This document shows positions 28,840-38,800 of a DNA stretch of 64,000 nt, piece by piece. Made by a program: the position numbers and the translations under genes. The notes under the pieces were generated by a model. It had not been told where the DNA came from. It saw only the letters and a list, made by a program, of their open reading frames with translations, and did no database searches. The DNA comes from Bacteroidales bacterium (GTDB lineage Bacteria > Bacteroidota > Bacteroidia > Bacteroidales > JAADGE01): NCBI GenBank assembly GCA_021648725.1, contig JAKISF010000016.1, positions 4,043-68,042 of the forward strand, written 5' to 3'. Each line of letters begins with the position of its first letter. Position 1 is the first letter of the stretch.

Positions 28840-29820
28840 ATGAAAAAAATAATAATACCTGTCTTTTTGACTGCAAGTGTTTTGATTAGCTGTAATCAAA
28901 GCGTAACAGAAAAAAACAACCAAAATGACGAAAGTAAGAAACCTATTGTTGAAAACATTTCTGAAGATAGCCTGCAAAAAGGCTTCCGATTGCTGGTGTC
29001 AAACTGTTTCTCATGCCATAGTCCGGATTTAGATATTCAAAAAAAGATTGCTCCTGCAATGGGGACAATAAAAAAACATTACATTACGGAAGGAATAACA
29101 AAAAAAGATTTTACCGAAAATTTAATTGAATTTATAAAAAATCCTGTTGAAGAAAAAACCAAAATACCGGATGCTATAGAAAAATTTGGGGTAATGCCTA
29201 AATTTGAATTTAATGAAACAGACTTAACTAATATTGCAAACTATATTTATCACACTAAACTTGAAAACACAGATTGGTTTGCAAAACACTTTGAAAAAGA
29301 AAAAATAAAATACGGTGTAGGTTTAAAAGATTTGCCTTACATTGATATGGGAAAGCAGTTTGTATTGTCAACAAAATCGGTATTAGGTACTAACCTTAAA
29401 TTTGCAATAAAAAACAAAGGAACTGCAAATGCTGTAGAATTCTGTCAAGAGAGAGCTTACCCGTTGACAGACAGTATGGCAGTTGCTTTAAGTGTTAAAA
29501 TAAAAAGGGTTTCCGATAAACCCAGAAATTTGCTTAATACAGCAAATAAATCAGAGTTGCAATATATTCTTGCAAGTCAAAAAAGTCTCTCCGAAAAAGA
29601 GATAATAAAGCCTCAAATACAAAAGATAGGAGAGAAAATAGTCGGATATTACCCTATCATTACCGGTAAATTCTGCTTACAATGTCATGGAATACCTGAT
29701 GTGCAAATAAATTCAGGAGTTTTAGAGAAAATAGATTTACTGTACCCCAAAGATATGGCAACAGGCTATGCCGAAAACCAACTCAGAGGTATTTGGGTGG
29801 TAGAAATGGATGAAAAGTAA
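28840..29820 (+). CDS. Lipoprotein with a c-type cytochrome domain and a DUF3365 (Tll0287-like) haem domain
   Basis: Lipobox LISC. CFSCH haem motif with downstream APAM, and a second CLQCHG motif in a C-terminal DUF3365-like domain. The ORF-track start at 28837 is TTG, so the ATG at 28840 is preferred. Confidence 0.6.
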   Translation: MKKIIIPVFLTASVLISCNQSVTEKNNQNDESKKPIVENISEDSLQKGFRLLVSNCFSCHSPDLDIQKKIAPAMGTIKKHYITEGITKKDFTENLIEFIKNPVEEKTKIPDAIEKFGVMPKFEFNETDLTNIANYIYHTKLENTDWFAKHFEKEKIKYGVGLKDLPYIDMGKQFVLSTKSVLGTNLKFAIKNKGTANAVEFCQERAYPLTDSMAVALSVKIKRVSDKPRNLLNTANKSELQYILASQKSLSEKEIIKPQIQKIGEKIVGYYPIITGKFCLQCHGIPDVQINSGVLEKIDLLYPKDMATGYAENQLRGIWVVEMDEK

Positions 29821-29898
29821 CTCGAACAGGTAAAGAGAAAAAGAAATATTAGGAGTAGTTTTTTAATCTGCCGTACACAATTACTTAAAATATAACAA

Positions 29899-30402
29899 AT
29901 GGACAATATAAAACTGAATGTATGGTCAAAAAAAATAAAAACTGAAATTGATTCTCAAATTGATGATATTTTTAAAAGAGATTATAAATTTTATAAAATT
30001 GACCGATTAGAAAGAATTGCCGAAAAAATTGATGCCTTTTCGGATAATTGTTCAGAATGTGAAAGCCTGAAAAATGAGGTAGAAGATATTGTTGCAAATC
30101 TTACAAAAAGTTTAAAATCAGGTTCTCCGAAACTTCGTTCCGAATACGAAAAAAGAAACGAAAAAATTGTAAACCATTTAAAAAAAGTTCATAATTTATC
30201 ATATAAAGAATATTATGCTTCTTCATACTCTTTTATAGGTTTTGCAACAGGAACTATATTATTTACGGCAATATTTTGGTTTATTAATTCTAATTTTCTG
30301 TTGCCTGCTTCATTATTCGGGTTTACTTTCGGAATTATTATCGGAAGAATTATAGGTAAGAAAAAAGATAGAGAACAAGAACAAAACAACTTAATTTTGT
30401 GA
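29899..30402 (+). CDS. Hypothetical membrane protein
   Basis: 167 aa. A helical, charged N-terminal half containing CSECES, then two C-terminal TM helices. No family recognised. Confidence 0.45.
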   Translation: MDNIKLNVWSKKIKTEIDSQIDDIFKRDYKFYKIDRLERIAEKIDAFSDNCSECESLKNEVEDIVANLTKSLKSGSPKLRSEYEKRNEKIVNHLKKVHNLSYKEYYASSYSFIGFATGTILFTAIFWFINSNFLLPASLFGFTFGIIIGRIIGKKKDREQEQNNLIL

Positions 30403-30478
30403 TTTTATTCATTTTTTTATCAATAATATTGTAAATTTACAGTTCTAAGTATTTAATCTATAAACAAAAACCATAATT

Positions 30479-32611
30479 ATGAAACAGACGGCAACGCTCT
30501 TTGCAGTTTTATTACTATTAATTTTTTCTTGCAAAACGAACAAAAAAGAAAATACAGAGTATAATTATCCCGAAACAATGAAAGATTCAACAGTTGATGA
30601 ATATTTCGGAACAAAAGTTCCCGACCCGTACAGTTGGCTCGAAGATGATAATTCAGAAGCTACAAAAGCCTGGGTTAAAGCACAAAATGAATTTACGTTT
30701 TCGTATTTAAATAAAATTCCTTTTAAAGATAAAATTAAAAACAGATTAGAAGAAATATGGAATTACGAAAAAAAAGGTGCCCCGTTCAAAAAAGGTAATT
30801 ACTATTATTTCTATAAAAATGACGGCTTACAAAACCAATATGTTTTATACCGTACAAAAGAACTCGGAAAAAATGCCGAAATTTTTCTCGACCCGAATAC
30901 ATTTTCTGAAGACGGAACAGTATCAATGAGTTCAATAAGTTATACAAAAGACGGCTCATTAGCAGCTTATCAAATATCGGAAGGAGGTTCTGATTGGAGA
31001 AAAGTAATTATAATTGATACAGAAAACAAAAAACAACTTGAAGACACATTGGTTGATATAAAATTCAGCGGTTTGGCTTGGAAAGGAAATGAAGGCTTTT
31101 ATTACAGCAGCTACGACAAACCGAAAGAAGGCAGTAAATTATCAGGCTTAACACAATACCATAAATTATTTTTTCACACAATAGGAACTTCCCAAAAAGA
31201 TGACAGATTAATTTTCGGAGGAGAAAAACAAAAAAGAAGATATTTAGGAGCTTATTTAACCGAAGATCAAAGATTTTTAGTAATCACGGCATCAGAAAGT
31301 ACAAGTGGTAATGAGCTGTACGTTAAAGACTTAACAACAGACGACAGCAATATTGTTCCCGTAATGGAAGGCTTCGATAGTGATTTATATGTTGTTGACA
31401 ATCAAGGAACAAGATTGCTAATTCACACAAATTACAAAGCACCTAATAATAGGTTAGTAGAAGTTGATGCTTCAAACCCTAAATCCGAAAACTGGAAAGA
31501 TCTTATTCCCGAAACCGAAAATGTTATGTCCGTTAATACAGGAGGTGGGTATTTATTTGCATCATACATGGTTGACGTAAAATCGCAAGTTATACAATTC
31601 GATTACAGCGGAAAAAAAATAAGAGAAGTAGAATTACCTGCAATCGGAACAACATACGGTTTCTCAGAAAAAAAAGACGAAAAAGAACTCTACTATACTT
31701 TTACTTCTTTCACCTATCCTGCCACAATCTTTAAATACGATATTGAAAAAGGAACATCAGAATTATACTGGAAACCTAATATTTCTTTTAATCCTGATGA
31801 TTTTGAAACAAAACAAGTATTCTACAAAAGTAAAGACGGAACAAAAATCCCGATGTTTATTGTTTATAAAAAAGGACTTGAACTGAACGGAAAAAATCCA
31901 ACATATCTTTATGCATACGGAGGTTTTAACATTAGTTTAAAACCGGGGTTTGACTTGCGAAAATTAGTTTGGCTGGAAAACGGCGGAATTTACGCACAAC
32001 CCAATATTAGAGGCGGAGGAGAATACGGAGAAAAATGGCATAAAGCCGGAACAAAAATGAACAAACAAAATGTATTTGACGATTTTATTGCTGCTGCCGA
32101 ATATCTTTTTAAAGAAAAATATACATCAAGCGATTATCTTGCAATTGCAGGAGGCTCAAACGGAGGTTTATTAATAGGTGCAACAATAACGCAACGACCC
32201 GATTTGGCAAAAGTTGCATTCCCCGCAGTTGGTGTTATGGATATGCTTAAATATCACAAATTCACATCAGGAGCAGGATGGGCAAGCGATTACGGAACTT
32301 CGGAAGAATCAGAAGAAATGTTTAAATACCTTTTGAATTATTCTCCGGTTCATGCAATTAAAGAAGGGGTTAATTATCCTGCAACAATGGTAACAACAGC
32401 CGATCATGACGACAGAGTAGTTCCGGCTCATTCATTCAAATTTGCGGCAACATTGCAGGCAAAAGCAAAAAGCAATAACCCTTTATTAATAAGAATTGAA
32501 ACAAATGCCGGACACGGAGCAGGAACACCTACATCAAAACAAATAGAACAAGTTGCCGATAAATTTGCATTTGCTTGGTATAATATGGGAATTAATCCTT
32601 TTAAAAACTAA
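30479..32611 (+). CDS. Prolyl oligopeptidase (S9A), lipoprotein form
   Basis: 710 aa. Lipoprotein-type signal LLLLIFSC. Catalytic Ser in GGSNGGLL, Asp in ADHDDRV and His in NAGHGAG. Confidence 0.9.
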   Translation: MKQTATLFAVLLLLIFSCKTNKKENTEYNYPETMKDSTVDEYFGTKVPDPYSWLEDDNSEATKAWVKAQNEFTFSYLNKIPFKDKIKNRLEEIWNYEKKGAPFKKGNYYYFYKNDGLQNQYVLYRTKELGKNAEIFLDPNTFSEDGTVSMSSISYTKDGSLAAYQISEGGSDWRKVIIIDTENKKQLEDTLVDIKFSGLAWKGNEGFYYSSYDKPKEGSKLSGLTQYHKLFFHTIGTSQKDDRLIFGGEKQKRRYLGAYLTEDQRFLVITASESTSGNELYVKDLTTDDSNIVPVMEGFDSDLYVVDNQGTRLLIHTNYKAPNNRLVEVDASNPKSENWKDLIPETENVMSVNTGGGYLFASYMVDVKSQVIQFDYSGKKIREVELPAIGTTYGFSEKKDEKELYYTFTSFTYPATIFKYDIEKGTSELYWKPNISFNPDDFETKQVFYKSKDGTKIPMFIVYKKGLELNGKNPTYLYAYGGFNISLKPGFDLRKLVWLENGGIYAQPNIRGGGEYGEKWHKAGTKMNKQNVFDDFIAAAEYLFKEKYTSSDYLAIAGGSNGGLLIGATITQRPDLAKVAFPAVGVMDMLKYHKFTSGAGWASDYGTSEESEEMFKYLLNYSPVHAIKEGVNYPATMVTTADHDDRVVPAHSFKFAATLQAKAKSNNPLLIRIETNAGHGAGTPTSKQIEQVADKFAFAWYNMGINPFKN

Positions 32612-32632
32612 AAACCTATAAACAAGATTGTT

Positions 32633-32663
32633 AAGCGTAGTTTTTTAAACTACGCTTTTTTTT
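32633..32663 (+). terminator. Rho-independent terminator after the first prolyl oligopeptidase gene
   Basis: Stem aagcgtagttt / aaactacgctt (10-11 bp) followed by a T8 run. Confidence 0.7.
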
Positions 32664-32861
32664 ATGAAGAATTTTTTCATAAAAAAACCAGATGAATCAG
32701 TATAAAAAATAACATATTATTAAAGAAATACAATAAAAACAATTAATTTCGTTATTAAAATCAACAGAAACAATCTGATTTTATGATTATCATTCATTAT
32801 TATAAGAATTTAATTATAAATTTACACATTGAAAAAAAGTTAAACTTTCTTATCTCCTTTT

Positions 32862-35000
32862 ATGAGAAAATCGACAATATTCTATACTATTCTGTTATTT
32901 GTATTGTTTTCCTTTAAAATAAATAAGGCTCAAAATAATAACTTCCGGTATCCCTTAACATTCAAAGACACAACTACTGATAAATATTTTAACACGAAAA
33001 TATCTGACCCGTACAGATGGCTTGAGGATAATAACTATGATAAAACTAAGGCTTGGGTTAAAGCTCAAAATAACTTTACATTTACATATTTAAACGAAAT
33101 TCCTTTCAGAGATAATATCAGAGCCAGATTAAAAGAAATTTTAAAATATGAAAGATATGATATTCCTAAGAAAAACGGAGAATATTATTACTTTTATAAA
33201 AATAACGGATTACAAAATCAATGGGTTTTTTACAGAACAAAAGAACTCGAAAAAAATGAAGAAGTATTTATAAATCCGAATAACTTCTCAAAAGACGGTA
33301 CAATCTCAATGAGTAAAGAAAGCTTTTCTAAAGACGGTTCTTTATTGGCATATCAAATTTCCGAAAAAGGTTCCGACTGGAAAAAAATCGTTGTAATTGA
33401 TACAAAAACCAAAAAGCAAATCGGAGATACTTTATTTAATATTTATGACAGCAGAATTTCTTGGGTCGGAAATACAGGTTTTTATTACAGCACATTCGAT
33501 AAACCTAAAGGCGAAAAAAAACTTTCCGTTTCAACACAATATGATAAATTATATTTTCACAAATTAAATGATGCTCAAAAAAATGACAAATTAATTTTTA
33601 ACGGAGAAGAGCACAAAATAAGATATTTAAAAGCATTTGTTACCGAAGACGAAAAATTCCTTTATATAAAAGCTGCAGAAAGTTTTAGAGGAAATGGGCT
33701 GTATATCAAGGATTTAATAAAGAAAAACAGCATAATTGACACAATAGTAAAATCATTCGATAATAAAAATACGATTATTGATAACAATGATTCCGAACTA
33801 TTGATTTTAACAAACCTTAATGCTCCCAATAATCGGTTAATTAAAGTTGATGCATCAAATCCGCAACCTAAAAACTGGACTGACCTGATTCCTGAAACCG
33901 AAAATGTTTTATCAGTAACAACAGGAGGCGGATATTTATTTGCTTCGCGAATGGTTGATGTTAAATCACAAATTATTCAATACGATTACAGCGGAAATAA
34001 AATCAGAAAAATTAAATTACCTGCAATCGGCACAACAGTTGATTTTAAGGCAAAAAAAGAAGATACTGTACTGTTTTATACTTTTAAATCTTTTACATAT
34101 CCTTCAACAATATTTAAGTTTAATATCAAAAAAGGAACTTCCGAATTATTCTGGAAACCTAATATTTCTTTTAATCCGGAAGATTATGTAACAAAACAAG
34201 TTTTTTACGAAAGTAAAGACGGAACAAAAATACCAATGTTTATCGTTCATAAAAAAGATATAGAATTAAACGGCAAAAATCCTACATATTTATACGGCTA
34301 CGGAGGATTTAACAGAAGTTTAAAACCTTTATTTTATCTTGAAAATTTAATTTGGATAGAAAACGGAGGAATATACGTTCATGCAAATTTAAGAGGAGGA
34401 GGAGAATACGGTGAAAAATGGCATAAAGCCGGAACTAAAATGCAAAAACAAAATGTATTTGACGATTTTATTGCAGCGGCAGAGTATTTAATCAAAGAAA
34501 AATATACATCAAGCGATTATCTTGCAATTTCAGGAACGTCAAACGGAGGTTTATTAATAGGTGCAGTAATGACACAACGCCCTGACTTATTTAAGGTTGC
34601 TCTTCCCACCGTAGGTGTTATGGATATGCTTAAATATCACAAATTTACATCAGGTGCAGCATGGGTAAGCGATTACGGAACTTCGGAAGAATCAGAAGAA
34701 ATGTTCAAATACCTTTATAATTATTCTCCCGTTCATTCGGTAAAAAAAGGAATAAAATATCCTGCAACTTTAATTGCAACCGCAGACCACGATGACAGAG
34801 TAGTTCCTGCACATTCTTTTAAATTTGCAGCAACATTACAAGCAAATACAAACAGCAATAATCCTGTGTTAATAAGAATTGAAACAAATTCCGGACACGG
34901 CAGCGGAACTCCGATATCTAAATTAATAGAACAGGTAGTGGACAGGTTTGCATTTACTTGGTATAACATGGGAATTAACCCGTTTGAAAACAATAAATAA
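32862..35000 (+). CDS. Prolyl oligopeptidase (S9A), tandem paralogue with a type-I signal peptide
   Basis: 712 aa. Signal peptide ending INKAQN. Catalytic Ser in GTSNGGLL, Asp in ADHDDRV and His in NSGHGSG. Collinear with the upstream copy. Confidence 0.9.
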   Translation: MRKSTIFYTILLFVLFSFKINKAQNNNFRYPLTFKDTTTDKYFNTKISDPYRWLEDNNYDKTKAWVKAQNNFTFTYLNEIPFRDNIRARLKEILKYERYDIPKKNGEYYYFYKNNGLQNQWVFYRTKELEKNEEVFINPNNFSKDGTISMSKESFSKDGSLLAYQISEKGSDWKKIVVIDTKTKKQIGDTLFNIYDSRISWVGNTGFYYSTFDKPKGEKKLSVSTQYDKLYFHKLNDAQKNDKLIFNGEEHKIRYLKAFVTEDEKFLYIKAAESFRGNGLYIKDLIKKNSIIDTIVKSFDNKNTIIDNNDSELLILTNLNAPNNRLIKVDASNPQPKNWTDLIPETENVLSVTTGGGYLFASRMVDVKSQIIQYDYSGNKIRKIKLPAIGTTVDFKAKKEDTVLFYTFKSFTYPSTIFKFNIKKGTSELFWKPNISFNPEDYVTKQVFYESKDGTKIPMFIVHKKDIELNGKNPTYLYGYGGFNRSLKPLFYLENLIWIENGGIYVHANLRGGGEYGEKWHKAGTKMQKQNVFDDFIAAAEYLIKEKYTSSDYLAISGTSNGGLLIGAVMTQRPDLFKVALPTVGVMDMLKYHKFTSGAAWVSDYGTSEESEEMFKYLYNYSPVHSVKKGIKYPATLIATADHDDRVVPAHSFKFAATLQANTNSNNPVLIRIETNSGHGSGTPISKLIEQVVDRFAFTWYNMGINPFENNK

Positions 35001-35064
35001 TTTATTAAAGTAAAAGTAACGCTTGGTTAGAATTTCTGAATTTATCAGATTTTAAAGTAAAAAA

Positions 35065-35703
35065 ATGAATCACAGTTTCATAGTAATAGAAGGAAACATA
35101 GGGGCAGGAAAAACAACATTAGCCAAAAAAATTGCAAAAGATTATAATGCTAAATTAATTCCGGAAGATTTTGCAGAAAATCCTTTTCTTCCTAAGTTCT
35201 ATAAAAACCCCGATAAATATTCATTCCCTCTGGAATTATCTTTTCTTGCCGACAGGTTTTATCAATTAAATAAAGAAATAAGAAACAGAGATTTATTCAA
35301 ATCATTTGTAGTTTCTGATTACTACTTTACAAAATCTTTAATCTTTGCAAGAAATACTTTGTCCGATGACGAATACGGATTATACCGAAGAATTTTTAAC
35401 ATAATTTACACGAACTTGCCGAAACCTGATTTATATGTTTACTTATATCTTGACGTAAAAAATTTAATTAAAAATATTAAACGAAGAGGACGAGACTATG
35501 AAAGAAACATTAAACCCGAATATCTCGACAAAATTCAAAAAGGATATTTTGAATATATGAAACAACACAGAGATGAATATAAATTCTTAGTGATTGACAC
35601 TAACAGAATTGATTTTGTCAGGGAACAGCCTCATTACGAGCAAGTTAAAAATGTTATTTTCAACAACGACTATAAAACAGGAATTAACAGAATTATTTTA
35701 TAA
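35065..35703 (+). CDS. Deoxynucleoside kinase
   Basis: 212 aa. P-loop EGNIGAGKTT and dNK-like motifs (DR..SDYYF; RRGRDYE). Confidence 0.85.
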   Translation: MNHSFIVIEGNIGAGKTTLAKKIAKDYNAKLIPEDFAENPFLPKFYKNPDKYSFPLELSFLADRFYQLNKEIRNRDLFKSFVVSDYYFTKSLIFARNTLSDDEYGLYRRIFNIIYTNLPKPDLYVYLYLDVKNLIKNIKRRGRDYERNIKPEYLDKIQKGYFEYMKQHRDEYKFLVIDTNRIDFVREQPHYEQVKNVIFNNDYKTGINRIIL

Positions 35704-35802
35704 AAGTAAATAATATCAATTAGTTAGTAAATGCAACTTTTTTATGTATTTTTACGTCATTAGTTATATAGTTGTATCTTTATACTTAAATTTGAATAGC
35801 TG

Positions 35803-38800
35803 ATGAAACGCCTTTTAAAAACTTTCATATTTTCCCTTTTTATATTTTCCTTTTTTCAAGGAAATGCACAATTTAAATTAGACAGTATTGTCAAAACGGA
35901 TGTAGTAAGATGTTTCGGAGATGCTTCGGGAACAATTACCGTATATGTTTCAGAAGGACAAACACCCTATGAATATTCAATTGACGGAGGCGTCACATAT
36001 CAATTAAGCAATAATTTTACAGGATTAGTTTCAGGTGCATATTCGGTTTATTCAAAAGATTTTTTCAACCAAATTGTTTCAGACGTTGTATATATTGACG
36101 AACCTGTTGAGATACAAATTATTAATGAAACAAAAACAGATGTTACGGGATGCTTCGGAGATATAAACGGTACAATAACAATAAATGCCACAGGAGGAAC
36201 AGGAGCTCTTCAATACTCAATAGACAACGGAACAACGTACCTAAACAACGGAGGTAACTTTACAGGTTTATCTGCCGGAACATACAACATAGAAATTATT
36301 GACGATAGTTTATGTGTAAAAACCGGTTCTGCAATTATTGTAGGGCAACCTGCCGAATTACAAATAACAACCGAAACCGTTGTTGATGTTTTAGGATGTA
36401 ACGGTGCAGATAACGGCTCAATTGACATTCTCGTTACCGGCGGAACTTCTCCTATACAGTACTCTATTGACGGCGGAACAACTTTTCAAGCCGGTCATTA
36501 TTTTTCGCCTCTGCCGGCAGGCAGCTATTCGGTTGTTGTAGAAGACGCTAATAATTGCACGACAAACGGAAGTACCCTTACTGTAAATGAGCCTGCAGTA
36601 GTAAGTATAGATTCTGAATCACATACAAATATAACAGGTTGCTTCGGAGAACATACAGGAACAATAACTATTACGGCATCAGGAGGAACAGGGCTGTTAT
36701 ACTACGCAATAGATGGCGGGGTTGTTTTTCAGAATAACGGTAATTTCTCAAATTTATATGCCGGAACTTATAATGTTGTTGTAAAAGACGAAAACGGCTG
36801 TTCTGTTGCCGGAAGTGAAATTATTATTACCGAACCCGATGAAATTATTATTGACTCAGAATCGGCTACTGATATTACAACTTGTTTCGGAGATGCAACC
36901 GGAGGAATAACAATTAACGCACACGGAGGAAGCAGCACATTAGAATATTCAGTTGACTTAGGAACAACTTGGCAGGCAAGTAATGTATTCAACACACTTA
37001 CGGCAGGTTTATATACTACAATGGTCAGAGATGCCGTTGAAACCACTTGTCAAGTCACAGGACAATCTCATACAGTTTTACAACCTCTTGAATTATTAAT
37101 AACAGAAGTTTCAACAACAGATGTCTCAACTTGTTTCGGAGGTAATGACGGAACAATTCATATTACTACAAACGGAGGAGGAACACCTGCATACCAATTT
37201 TCAACAGACGGAGGGGCTACTTATCCTCACGGAAATGATATTATAAATTTATCAGCAGGAATTTACGACATAGTTGTAATAGATTCACACAATTGTACGG
37301 ATACATTTACAACCAATATTGTTGAAATATCAGAACCGACCCCGGTAGTTATTACAAATGAAGTTCTGACTGATCCTACTTGTTTCGGAGGCAATAACGG
37401 AAGCATTGAAGTTACTGCAAGCGGGGGAACAGGACAATTACAATATTCTCCCAACGGAGGAGCAAATTTTTACTACGGAAATACTCTGTTCGGCTTATCT
37501 GCCGGCATTACTTACGATATTGTAGTAATGGATGACCACGGATGTACAACTATAGGAGGTTCTTATGTTTTGGGGCAACCTTCCGAACTTATTATCAATT
37601 CTATTGTAAAACAAGATGTATCAGAATGTTACGGAGGAACAAACGGCTCAATAATCATTAATGCTGTCGGAGGAACTGTTCCGATTAATTATTCTGTTGA
37701 TAATGAAATTACATACCAATTATCAAATACATTTAACGGTTTAATTGCAGGCTCATACCATGTAGTAGTAAAAGATAATAACAACTGCAAAACAGACGGC
37801 GGAACAATTGAGATTTTACAACCCGAACCTTTGCTTTTTGTTTCGGAAACACACGAAGATGTTACCGGATGCAGAGGCAATAATAACGGAGCAATTCACA
37901 TTACGATGACAGGTGGAACGCCTCATGCAACAAACGGATATAAATATTCAATAAACGGTAGTGTTGCCGCCTACGGAACAGGTAATTTTATTAATTTGCT
38001 TGCAGGTGATTATAACATTATTGTTACTGATGAATATGATTGCCCTGTTAATGTTAATACAATAACCATAAATGAACCGGAAGAATTAATACCTGCATTT
38101 GTTTCTCAGCAAAATATTAATTGCTACGGTGATGCAACCGGAAATATAAGCATTTCGGCATCAGGCGGACAGTTTCCGTATCAATACTCTTCTGATAACG
38201 GTATTACATACCAAAACAATTCATTTTTCTCAGGCTTAACGGCAGGTACATATCAAACCTATGTGAAAGATGCTTATAATTGTGTCAGAATAGGTCCAGA
38301 AGTTATACTTACACAACCCGACACATTAGAAATAACCTCTGTAACATATACGGATGTTATCGGATGCAACGGTAATAATAACGGAACAATTACTGTAAGT
38401 GCAACAGGCGGTGTTCCCGGCTATATGTACACAATTGATATGGGAAGCAGTTGGTATGCTAACGGAGGAGTTTTTACAAACCTTTCCCCCGGTGATTATT
38501 TTGTAAAGATATACGATACAAATTTTTGTGAAGCAAGTTTTGTTGATGTTAATATGGATATTGATACAATTCATATTACAGAACCTTCGAAAATACAATT
38601 GGACAGCATTAATAAAACTGATATATTATGTTACGGTGACAATAACGGAACAATTGATATTTATGCCTCGGGAGGAACAGGAACATTGAGTTATTCTATT
38701 GATAACGGTACAACATATCCTAATACAACAGGCAACTTTATTAATTTACCGGCAGCAAACTATATTGTTAAAGTAGTTGATGCAAATAATTGTCCCACAA

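Noticed and set aside
35787-35794. TAAATTTG match just upstream of the SprB-repeat gene
   Set aside because: It lies only 8 nt from the ATG, which would make the mRNA leaderless at best. The signal peptide confirms the ATG at 35803, so I did not call this a promoter.
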